64,000 nt of DNA from an uncultured archaeon (lineage in GTDB: Archaea > Aenigmatarchaeota > Aenigmatarchaeia > GW2011-AR5): contig CAZRDV010000001.1 in NCBI GenBank assembly GCA_964599215.1, positions 55,615 through 119,614 on the forward strand, given 5' to 3'. Both the position numbers and the translations under genes were made by a program. The notes beneath the pieces were generated by a model. The model did not search any database. It saw only the letters and a list, made by a program, of their open reading frames with translations, and was not told where the DNA came from. This document shows positions 47,948 to 56,322 of this stretch, piece by piece (the stretch's first letter is position 1; each line of letters opens with the position of its first letter).

Positions 47948-48909
47948 TTGATATGGGCGAAAAGGCAGATAATGATATAAGCGTAGAAGACCTTCCTGGA
48001 ATTGGGCCAAAGGGTGCACAGAAACTAAAGGAAGCAGGCTATGAAGACCTGATGAGCATTGCTGCTGCTTCTTCCGGCGAGCTAGCAAGTGTCTGTGAAA
48101 TAGGCGATGCAACTGCAGAGAAGATAATAGCAGCTGCACGTTCGAAACTAGACATGGGTTTCAAGACAGCAGAGGATGTCCTGGAGAAGAGGAAGGAGAT
48201 CGGAAAGATAACCACTGGCAGCAAGTCGTTAGATGCATTGCTTGGTGGTGGTGTTGAAACAAAGGCAATAACAGAGGGTTTTGGTGCATTTGGTTCTGGA
48301 AAAACCCAGCTGGGTTTCCAGCTGGCAGTTAATGTGCAGATGCCAAAAGAGAAAGGCGGTCTGAATGGCCGTTGTATTTTTATCGATACCGAGAGCACGT
48401 TCAGGCCTGAAAGGATTGCGCAGGTAGCAGAGGCATCTGGACTGGATTCGAAAAAGGTTCTGAAGAATATTTACATTGCAAAGGCGTTCAACTCAGATCA
48501 TCAGATTGTTCTTGTGGACAAGGCAAAAGACATAATAAAGGAAAAGAACATCAGGCTTATTATTATCGACTCGCTTATGTCGCATTTCAGATCAGATTAT
48601 ACCGGCCGGGGTGAGCTTGCTCCAAGGCAGCAGAAGCTGAACAGGCATTTGCATGCGCTGCAGAAAATAGCTGATGTTAACAACATTGCAGTTTACGTAA
48701 CAAACCAGGTAATGTCAAGGCCTGACATTCTTTTCGGAGACCCGACAACTGCAATAGGTGGGCACGTCCTAGGGCATGCTTCCACGTTCCGTCTCTACCT
48801 GAGAAAAAGCAAGGCGAACACAAGGATATGCAGGCTTATCGACTCGCCGTCACTGCCAGAGGGCGAGGCAGTATTCATCGTAACAGAAAAAGGACTGGAA
48901 GATAAGTAA
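47944..48909 (+). CDS. radA: DNA repair and recombination protein RadA
   Basis: Hh[49 protein letters not shown]. Confidence 0.97.
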   Translation: MIDMGEKADNDISVEDLPGIGPKGAQKLKEAGYEDLMSIAAASSGELASVCEIGDATAEKIIAAARSKLDMGFKTAEDVLEKRKEIGKITTGSKSLDALLGGGVETKAITEGFGAFGSGKTQLGFQLAVNVQMPKEKGGLNGRCIFIDTESTFRPERIAQVAEASGLDSKKVLKNIYIAKAFNSDHQIVLVDKAKDIIKEKNIRLIIIDSLMSHFRSDYTGRGELAPRQQKLNRHLHALQKIADVNNIAVYVTNQVMSRPDILFGDPTTAIGGHVLGHASTFRLYLRKSKANTRICRLIDSPSLPEGEAVFIVTEKGLEDK

Positions 48910-48912
48910 CCA

Positions 48913-50068
48913 TTTCTTATGTTAGGGATAGATAACAGGTTTTAAAGAAAAAATCAAACAATCTCCTTCTCAGAAACTATTACGAAGTCTCCTATGCTCC
49001 TTACTGAAGAAAACGGTACAAGGAGCCTGTTGTTTCCGTCTCTCTCAAGGTTCAGGTCAGAGCTGTGCTTTGTTGGCTCTACCAGAACAACGCTTATCAG
49101 CTCGCCTGTCTCAGCAGCGAAGTTTATATCGCCGACAACACCGAACTTCCTGCCAGTCTCTTCAGAAACAACAACCTTTCCAAGAACTTCCTTTCCCCTG
49201 TTTTGAATCATCAAATCACTTATTATAATTCAACCCAAAATTTAAATAGATTCTTTATCTTGGTTTTTATTTTAAAACCGGTTTTTCCAGGCATTTAACA
49301 TTACAGGAGCATCACGATTTCTTATGTTAGGGATATCAGGCCTTTACAACAAGGGTCCTGATTCTCGGCGAGAGCTGATAAACAAAGGTCTTCTCTGTTT
49401 TTCTCCTTTCAACAAGCTCCTCGTTCATCATCTCCTTCAGTACGTTGTTTACTGACCTAACTGCATGCTGCCGTGTTTTGTATTTCTCTAGGTTCAGTGA
49501 ATCAGCAAGCTGCCCAGGTGTCATAGGCTTGATAAGCAGTTCTGATATCTTCCTCTTCAGCGGTGTCATTTTCTCCAGAAGCCTAAGGGATGGTGCTTTT
49601 TCCTTTTTCTCATCAAACAGCTCAGTACTTATTTTGTCCGCTCCTTCTGCTATTGCCTTGTTCATGAGCTCATTGCAGAGCCTTATGACCTCCCTCGGGA
49701 AGCCTCCTGTTCTCTCATAAATAAGGTTTATGGTAGCTTCGTCAAACGGGCCTGGAAAAGAGCCGCCGACCTTTTCAATCCTTTTTTTTATCATCTCGCC
49801 GGTTTCTTCTTTTGTTAGGGATAAAAGCTCTATTCTGGCCATTATTCTCTTTCTGAGTGTCTCCAACTCGCTCAGGTTCTCCTCAAATATAGGCAGCGCA
49901 GACAGCACTATGAATAGATTATCAACCTGGTCGCTAAGGACCCTGAGCCATTCCAGCACGCTCTTCTCTGACTCATGGGCCTCATCTAGGAGGATTATCA
50001 GTCTCTTCTGACTAAGCTTCTTATTTAAAAAGCCTGGTATTGAGTTCAGGTTTCTTATGTGAGGGATA
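48913..50068 (+). repeat. 18-bp motif YTTCTTWTGTKAGRGATN, right group
   Basis: Plus-strand copies at 48913-48930, 49318-49335, 49806-49823, 50051-50068. Confidence 0.88.
48954..49214 (-). CDS. PRC-barrel domain protein
   Basis: LGKVVVSEETGRKFGVVGDINF...TGEL...VPFSSVRSIGDFVIV. Confidence 0.9.
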   Translation of the reverse strand: MMIQNRGKEVLGKVVVSEETGRKFGVVGDINFAAETGELISVVLVEPTKHSSDLNLERDGNNRLLVPFSSVRSIGDFVIVSEKEIV

Positions 50069-50577
50069 AACAGCCTCAGAATTCTCATTAAAAAGTTTGG
50101 CTTAAAATGCTCATTAAAAATATCAATAAATTCTGCTGAATTGGCTGGCGGCTTTCCTATATAAATGATGTCATAGCTGTCTTGCAGTTTAAAAGCAAGC
50201 CATCTTAGAAGGCTTGTCTTTCCAGAGCCTGTTGGGCCAAGAACCAGGCTCAGTTTATGCCTTTCTTCTATAGCCCTTATAATTCCTGTTTTTTCCTCTT
50301 CATAACCAACAAAAATAGAGGGTTCTATGCTTAATGTAAAAGGGTTTTCTGAGCACCCGAATGCCTGAAAAAACTCCTTTGTCGTCTTTTCTGGCTTTTC
50401 TGTTGGTTTTACCCTAGCTTCAGATGGTGGTTCTTGCCTTATCTGCTTGTCAGGCTCAGAAGGGCTGTCAGCTGGCTGGGGGGTCATTTTCGAAGGGTGG
50501 GTTTTTCCTGTTGGAGTTTCATCATCAGCAGAATTTTGCGTTTTTTGATCATTTTCTTCCATGTTACTTATTATCAA
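49336..50577 (-). CDS. AAA+ ATPase (ExeA/AAA_22-like) with C-terminal winged helix and disordered N-terminus
   Basis: FGCSENPF, Walker A GPTGSGKT, Walker B IILLDEAH, TGGFPREVIRLC, C-terminal MTPGQLA...VNNVLKEM...LVERRK....VYQL. Start may be ATG 50562. Confidence 0.85.
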   Translation of the reverse strand: MIISNMEENDQKTQNSADDETPTGKTHPSKMTPQPADSPSEPDKQIRQEPPSEARVKPTEKPEKTTKEFFQAFGCSENPFTLSIEPSIFVGYEEEKTGIIRAIEERHKLSLVLGPTGSGKTSLLRWLAFKLQDSYDIIYIGKPPANSAEFIDIFNEHFKPNFLMRILRLFIPHIRNLNSIPGFLNKKLSQKRLIILLDEAHESEKSVLEWLRVLSDQVDNLFIVLSALPIFEENLSELETLRKRIMARIELLSLTKEETGEMIKKRIEKVGGSFPGPFDEATINLIYERTGGFPREVIRLCNELMNKAIAEGADKISTELFDEKKEKAPSLRLLEKMTPLKRKISELLIKPMTPGQLADSLNLEKYKTRQHAVRSVNNVLKEMMNEELVERRKTEKTFVYQLSPRIRTLVVKA

Positions 50578-50603
50578 TACTGCTGAATATAAAGATTTTG
50601 ATA

Positions 50604-50978
50604 TTCAACTTCACGGATGTTCATCTAACTTCACGAGAAATAAGAGCAACTTCACGAACAACTTCACGAAAACCTTCATATTTCATATGAAGTTCACCAT
50701 GAATTCATATGAAGTTGTTAAAACTAATATGAAGTTCATGAAGGGTATATGAAGCTAGGATGAAGCCCCAAAAGCCTAAAGTGAGTGTTTTACTATCTAT
50801 TTTAGTTGTAGTAAGAGTCTAAATGTGAGTTTTGAGTGTTATAATAATTGGGTCTGTATATTTGTAATAATTTGTTCAAATAACTTCATGGTATGTTCAT
50901 AGAATGTTCACGGACCTTCACAGACCTTCACGGAATGTTCATGAAGGTCAATATGAACTTCATATGAAGTTCATTCAT
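50604..50978. repeat. Two helically phased TTCA/TGAA arrays with a 22-bp palindrome
   Basis: TTCA at 50610/20/30/51/63/75/82/93 and TGAA at 50688/700/710/730/739/750/761; second array TTCA at 50875/885/896/907/917/927/938/959/970; ATGAACTTCATATGAAGTTCAT at 50953-50974. Confidence 0.9.
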
Positions 50979-51156
50979 GTCTCACATTTTGTGAGCTTTT
51001 TGAGCTTATTTGTGAGGCTTGAGAGTGGTTTAACTAAGAAAAAATAAATCGAAATCAATTCTAAAAAAGACTGATAATCGATATATGTCCTTTTCAGCCT
51101 TTAAAAGATATCATCTGGTCTTTAAAGACTGGAAAATACGGCTATGAGTACTGCCA

Positions 51157-51459
51157 CTACCCGTAGTGGTTCATTAATTTAAGCAGCCTTAGTATCTTAT
51201 CAAGGCTATCGCCTTGCTGAAGCCTCTCAATAACAAATGGCTTTAGCTTTATTACCCTTAGAAGCGGTTTGCCTGTTCCTCCTAGGCTAACATCTTCTAC
51301 CAAGGGCTTCAGTAGCGTATCTATATACTTGGCAACAGTAGAGTGGTGGATTCCTGTTTCCTCAGCTATTCTTCTGAGCCAGATTCCATCTGGATGGTTA
51401 GCTAAGACACTAATAATAGCTGTGATTTTCTTCTTATCAAAGCCCTTTTTCCTGCCCAT
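51157..51459 (-). CDS. Small HTH/winged-helix protein
   Basis: IISVLANHPDGIWLRRIAEETGIHHSTVAKYI. Confidence 0.85.
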   Translation of the reverse strand: MGRKKGFDKKKITAIISVLANHPDGIWLRRIAEETGIHHSTVAKYIDTLLKPLVEDVSLGGTGKPLLRVIKLKPFVIERLQQGDSLDKILRLLKLMNHYG

Positions 51460-51480
51460 ATAGCCTCACATAGAATAAAT

Positions 51481-51494
51481 TAGCCAGCTGGCTA
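51481..51494. promoter_or_regulatory. 14-bp palindrome next to the TATA box of the HTH gene (candidate operator)
   Basis: TAGCCAGCTGGCTA immediately downstream (minus strand) of TTTATA. Confidence 0.5.
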
Positions 51495-51607
51495 TATAAA
51501 GTTTATCTCTGGCAAAACAAGCCAAAATACGAAGAATTTGATGGATTTATACTGAATAAAGGCCGTAATCAAGAGGTCTCACATAGCCTTATGATAAGAT
51601 ATTTGAT

Positions 51608-52831
51608 TTAGCTCTCTGGAAATACGAAGTCTTTCGGCACAACTACAATGCCTGAATTCTCCACATGGAGCCCCCTGCTTTTATCGTAGTCCATATCATA
51701 ACCTATTTCTGTGCCTGCAGGTATTGTAACGTATTTGTCTACTATGGTTCTTCTTAATCTGGCATTCTTTCCAACCTGAACACCGGTAAACAGTATGGAT
51801 TCGACTATTTCTGAATTCTCTATACATACATCTGGGGAGATAATTGAATATGAGACTGTAGAATTCTTTCCGCTCACTATAGAACCATCTGAAAGATGCG
51901 AGTGATCCACATTACCGTCTAAGACCTTAGCAGGTGGATTTGGTATATTGAATGTATGTATTGGCCATAATTCCCCATAGACATCAAAAAGCGGTTCATC
52001 CTTAACCAGGTCCATGTTGGCTTCAAAAAAAGCATCTACTGTACCTATATCTTTCCAATATTCAGAATCTTTTATACGTTCCTTGCGTATCTTTTTTCGT
52101 ATACCGTCTTCATTTAGTAAATAAACATAGTCTTCTATAATGTTTTCTTTTGTATAATCATAGCCGTATGTACTGTATCTATTAAGATTGTTTCGTATTA
52201 TATCTTTACCAAAGTCATCACCTCCTCTTTCAAAGGCATCGTTCAGTACATTGGCATTGAAGATATATACACCCATTGAACCTAGTATACTGCCAGACTC
52301 AGGCGGTGTATCTGGTTTCTCTTCAAAGTGTGTTACTTCGTTGTTGCTATCTATCTCAAGGCACCCAAATCTCGATGCGTCTTCCTTTGGGATCTCTATT
52401 GCTGATATTGTTACATCTGCTTTTTTTCTTCTATGGAAGTCGAGCATTCTGCTGTAATCCATCTTATAGATATGGTCTGCACACAGTATCATAACATAAT
52501 CAGCGTCGCCCATGCGTTGTGTATTCTGCCTTACTGCGTCTGCTGAACCTCTATACCATTCCTCTTCAGGTGATCTTGTATATACCAAATGACTCCATCC
52601 ATCCTGAAGGTGATATGATAGAGATTCCTTCTTTGCTTGTATAATAACAACAGGCTTGATTGCCAATGGTAGGTTTGATTTTTCCTTAGAATTCTGGATA
52701 TTGCTTAGTACAAAATCTATGATTCTATATTTACCAGCAAAGGGAACAGCTGGTTTTGTCCTTTTTATTGTCAGAGGCCCGAGTCGCTCCCCAGGTCCTC
52801 CGGCAAGTACGTATGCCATTACGTCGTACAT
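51608..52831 (-). CDS. glgC: Glucose-1-phosphate adenylyltransferase (bacterial-type)
   Basis: LAGG.GERL.PLT..R.KPAVPFAGKYRIIDF.LSN, WYRGSADAVRQN, DHIYKMDY, FEEKP, SMGVYIF, DFGKDII, C-terminal beta-helix. Confidence 0.92.
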   Translation of the reverse strand: MYDVMAYVLAGGPGERLGPLTIKRTKPAVPFAGKYRIIDFVLSNIQNSKEKSNLPLAIKPVVIIQAKKESLSYHLQDGWSHLVYTRSPEEEWYRGSADAVRQNTQRMGDADYVMILCADHIYKMDYSRMLDFHRRKKADVTISAIEIPKEDASRFGCLEIDSNNEVTHFEEKPDTPPESGSILGSMGVYIFNANVLNDAFERGGDDFGKDIIRNNLNRYSTYGYDYTKENIIEDYVYLLNEDGIRKKIRKERIKDSEYWKDIGTVDAFFEANMDLVKDEPLFDVYGELWPIHTFNIPNPPAKVLDGNVDHSHLSDGSIVSGKNSTVSYSIISPDVCIENSEIVESILFTGVQVGKNARLRRTIVDKYVTIPAGTEIGYDMDYDKSRGLHVENSGIVVVPKDFVFPES

Positions 52832-52970
52832 AATCCTACAGGAAATAGAGTCCTATAAAAGGTCTTAAAGATAGTTATAGGCTTTCTAGACTGCTTTATA
52901 GCTATGCTTCTGCTGTTTCTTGCACAACTTCCCAAATAGACTTAAATTGTTTCGCATTTTCATAGTTTCT

Positions 52971-53507
52971 ATGAGGTGTTTTGTTGCTGTTGATGTGCCT
53001 GAAGAAATAAAAGCGAAAATACAGGAGGCTCAGAGGCAGTTTTCTAATTTCGACGCCAAATTAGTAGAACTAAAGAATTTACACTTTACGCTGAAGTTTT
53101 TAGGCGATATCAATGAAGAGCAGGTAGAAGAAGCAGGGGAGAAGTTATCTGCTGTTGCTAATAATACTTCTTCGTTTACTGTTTTGCTTAATGGAATGGG
53201 TGCGTTTCCTAGTTTATCCTACATAAGGGTTGTCTGGATTGACGCTGTTTCTGATAATTTCCTTAACCTACACAAGGCAGTTGCTGATGCTTTGAAGGGT
53301 ATCGGAAAACCTGAGTCTGCTCCGCACCTGACTGTTGTACGAATACGTTCGCCGCGCAACAAGGAAACAATAGCCAGGATAATAAAGAGGTATGAAAAAG
53401 AGGCATTTGGCTCCATGCTTGTAGACAGAATAATCCTGAAAAAATCGACGCTGACTCCAAGAGGGCCGGTATACGAAAATCTGAGGATTTTTGAGTTGGG
53501 TAAATGA
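52971..53507 (+). CDS. thpR: RNA 2',3'-cyclic phosphodiesterase (2H family)
   Basis: MRCFVAVD, HFTLKFLG, PHLTV, STLTPRGPVY. Confidence 0.93.
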   Translation: MRCFVAVDVPEEIKAKIQEAQRQFSNFDAKLVELKNLHFTLKFLGDINEEQVEEAGEKLSAVANNTSSFTVLLNGMGAFPSLSYIRVVWIDAVSDNFLNLHKAVADALKGIGKPESAPHLTVVRIRSPRNKETIARIIKRYEKEAFGSMLVDRIILKKSTLTPRGPVYENLRIFELGK

Positions 53508-53866
53508 TATCTGATTCACAGCTTATGAAGCTGTCTTTTGCGATTGCTGTTATAGGCGTACTAAGCTTATTTGTCATTGTCCAGTTAATAGAGCCCTTGT
53601 CCGTAAGAATAGGGGAGATAAACGAGGGTATGAGCGGGCAACTAATCATGACAGAGGGCACGGTTAGCTCTCTTTCCACGGTAAATGGTAATGTTTTTCT
53701 GACACTGTCAGACAATGGTGAGATAAAAGTAGTGATTTTCAGTAAAGACGCAGGGAAAAACAATGCCTATGAATTAAAGAACAATGATAAAATAAGAATA
53801 GAGGGCAGGGTTTCCATCTACGAAAACGAATTAGAAATAATAGCAGAGAAAATAGAGAAAATATAA
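53504..53866 (+). CDS. Membrane-anchored OB-fold protein
   Basis: N-terminal TM, then G.V...FLTL.D..GEIKVVIF...IEGRV..Y..ELEI. Confidence 0.8.
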   Translation: MISDSQLMKLSFAIAVIGVLSLFVIVQLIEPLSVRIGEINEGMSGQLIMTEGTVSSLSTVNGNVFLTLSDNGEIKVVIFSKDAGKNNAYELKNNDKIRIEGRVSIYENELEIIAEKIEKI

Positions 53867-53891
53867 AAGCAGGAAAAACAAATCATTAGTT

Positions 53892-54635
53892 ATGAAGGCC
53901 ATAGTATTGGCAGGCGGGTTTGCCAAAAGGCTCTGGCCGCTGACACTGAACAAGGCAAAGCCGTTGCTTGATATCGGCGGAAAGCCGATAATAAACTACG
54001 TAATAGAAAAACTGGAAGGAATGGATGAAATAGAAGAAATCTTTGTTTCTACCAATGCAAAATTTGACCAGGCATTTAGAAAATGGCTTGATAAATACAA
54101 GTTCAAGAAGGTAAGGGTGGTTATAGAAGAGACGCGCAGCGAGGAAGAGAAGCTGGGGGCAATAGGAGGGATTACTTTTGTTCTTGAGAGGGAAAAAATA
54201 GACGATGACTGCCTTATAGTAGCTGGTGATAATATACTTGGTTTTGAGGTTTCTGATTTTCTGGATTTCTACAGAGGAAGGGAAGCTCCGGTAATCGCAT
54301 TATTCGATGTCAAGGATCTTGAAAAAGCAAAAATATATGGAATAGTTGGAATGGATGATAACAAAAAGATAGTTGATTTCGTGGAAAAGCCGAAGGAACC
54401 AAAATCTACTCTGGCAAGCATCTGCTGTTACGTATTCCCGAAAAATACAATAGAGCTATTTCCAGAATATCTCAAAAGCGGTAATTCAAAAGACGCCCCA
54501 GGCTTCTTCCTGCAGTGGTTGGTTAAGAAAAAGGATGTCTTTGGCTTTGTTTTCAGCAACTACTGGTTTGATATAGGCTCTTTTGAATCGCTGGAAGAGG
54601 CAAGAGGTTTCATGAATAATGCTCAGTCTACTTAA
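53892..54635 (+). CDS. Sugar-phosphate nucleotidyltransferase
   Basis: LAGGFAKRLWPLT..KAKPLL, AGDN, FVEKP, WFDIGS. Confidence 0.92.
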   Translation: MKAIVLAGGFAKRLWPLTLNKAKPLLDIGGKPIINYVIEKLEGMDEIEEIFVSTNAKFDQAFRKWLDKYKFKKVRVVIEETRSEEEKLGAIGGITFVLEREKIDDDCLIVAGDNILGFEVSDFLDFYRGREAPVIALFDVKDLEKAKIYGIVGMDDNKKIVDFVEKPKEPKSTLASICCYVFPKNTIELFPEYLKSGNSKDAPGFFLQWLVKKKDVFGFVFSNYWFDIGSFESLEEARGFMNNAQST

Positions 54636-54930
54636 AAATTAGATAATATAGAGAGTATTTCAATTTCGGCGGTTTCTTGGATATTGAAGAAGATCTAAAG
54701 GGCTTCTTTTTACTTATTTCCTTGGGTCTGATGAATACTTTATTTTTTTGTGTCTTATGTATACCATTTACCGCAATTCAAATTTTTTACACTTAATTGT
54801 TTTATAATTTTTATCAAGTAAATCCTCAAAAAGTACGTACGTGATTCTACTTTTTATATCCTTAATCTTATTCCTTCTTTTCTTGCAAATTTCCTAATTT
54901 TATCTGGTATCTCGAATTCAATTCTCATGG

Positions 54931-56304
54931 TTATTCACTGTTTACAATCCCTTCTTCCAAAATCTTTGAGAACTTATCTTTCAATTCCTCGAATCCTTTT
55001 TCATCGTCAGCTTCTACTGTAAGCCGTATCTTTGGTTCGGTGTTCGATGCGCGGAGCAATATCCAGCCATTGTCAAAATCTATCCTTATACCGTCTATTG
55101 TGTTTATGTTTTTGTATTCTTTCAGGAATTCTTCCTTTATTTTATCAATAACAGAGAATTTCTTGTTATCAGGGCATTTGAAATTAATCCTGTCAAACGG
55201 ATATGCCTTTATTTTGTCGACTATTTCTGAGAGTTTCTCGTCTTTACCGGATAAAACAACTGCTGCGTATAAGCTGACTGCCATGGAATCGTCATACGGA
55301 ACCAGGGATGGTATTATGTAATGGCCTGAGGATTCCACACCAAAGCATGCTTTATTTTTGTGCGCCTCGCTTACAATATATGGGTGGCCGACTCTTACGC
55401 GTAGAACCTCTCTGCCGAACTGCTTTGCTATAGCATCCAGTACGCGCGAGCACTCTACATTAGCGATTATAGGGCCTTGCTCTTTTTTTAACAGCTCTGA
55501 AAGTATCAGAAAAGACACCTGCTCTGGCGTAAGCTTTCTGCCCTTGTCATCAATAAGAACCATTCTATCTGCATCGCCATCATAGGCAATACCTAAATCT
55601 GCCTTTTCTGCCTCCTTCTTCAGCACTGTCAGCGGGTCTTCCTCTGGTTCTGGGCTCCTGTTTGGAAAGGTCCCGTCTAGTTCATCAAAAATAGGAACAA
55701 CAGAAAATCCTGCTCTCTCAAACAAATCCTTGACAAACAAAGCTGCCATGCCATTGCCGCAATCTAAGACCACTTTTAGTTTTTTATCTGCGTGAATGCT
55801 GAGAAGGTGGTTCTTATACTCTTCGATGACCTGACTACTTTCTAGATTAGAGATATTGCCTACTGCCTTGCCTGATTTGATATCTCCTTTTAAGAAATCG
55901 CCCCTGATTCTGAAGTTCTCCTCTTCAACAAAGCCCTCTCCGTTTGGATGAAAGAACTTTACGCCATTCCACCCCTTTGGCAGGTGTGAAGCAGTTATGT
56001 AAGCAAGTGTCTTGTAATGCTGAATTGCGTAGAACATTGCAGCTCCCATTGGTACTAGACCAAGGTCGATAATGTCGCTGCCTGCCGCTGTCACGCCAGT
56101 GGCAAAGGCATTTTTCAAGCCTTTGCTAGACAACCGCATGTCCATTGCAACGACAATATTTTTAGCACTGCCTACAAGACAACTGCCTATTCTCTCCGTT
56201 ATGCCTTCGTCAATATCCTTTTTGTAAATGCCTCGTATATCATAAGAACGGAAGATATGGGAGAATTTTCCCGGGTCCTTTTCATGCATAATCTTATATT
56301 CCAT
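54931..56304 (-). CDS. Phosphomannomutase/phosphoglucomutase
   Basis: FRSYDIRG, TASHLP, DGDADR, ESSGH, RASNTEP. Confidence 0.95.
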   Translation of the reverse strand: MEYKIMHEKDPGKFSHIFRSYDIRGIYKKDIDEGITERIGSCLVGSAKNIVVAMDMRLSSKGLKNAFATGVTAAGSDIIDLGLVPMGAAMFYAIQHYKTLAYITASHLPKGWNGVKFFHPNGEGFVEEENFRIRGDFLKGDIKSGKAVGNISNLESSQVIEEYKNHLLSIHADKKLKVVLDCGNGMAALFVKDLFERAGFSVVPIFDELDGTFPNRSPEPEEDPLTVLKKEAEKADLGIAYDGDADRMVLIDDKGRKLTPEQVSFLILSELLKKEQGPIIANVECSRVLDAIAKQFGREVLRVRVGHPYIVSEAHKNKACFGVESSGHYIIPSLVPYDDSMAVSLYAAVVLSGKDEKLSEIVDKIKAYPFDRINFKCPDNKKFSVIDKIKEEFLKEYKNINTIDGIRIDFDNGWILLRASNTEPKIRLTVEADDEKGFEELKDKFSKILEEGIVNSE

Positions 56305-56322
56305 GGCAACAATTAAAAGAGT

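Noticed and set aside
48912..49335. 19-bp direct repeat as attL/attR or target-site duplication of a mobile element
   Set aside because: No integrase or transposase, and the same motif recurs at six or more other nearby sites.
43754..50068. 18-mer as canonical ORB or E. coli Ter site
   Set aside because: Lacks the TCCA..GGAAA/G-string ORB pattern; shares only a short TATGTT with Ter.
50561..50752. 63-aa ORF over the phased array (and the 88-aa ORF at 50424-50690)
   Set aside because: Low-complexity translation of the DNA repeats, overlapping the ATPase start on the opposite strand.
50604..50978. Repeat arrays as a CRISPR array
   Set aside because: Units are ~10-11 bp and degenerate, with no 30-40 nt unique spacers and no cas genes in the window.
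54636..54930. Possible short ORFs between the nucleotidyltransferase and phosphohexomutase genes
   Set aside because: Only 17-24 codon frames without convincing signals.
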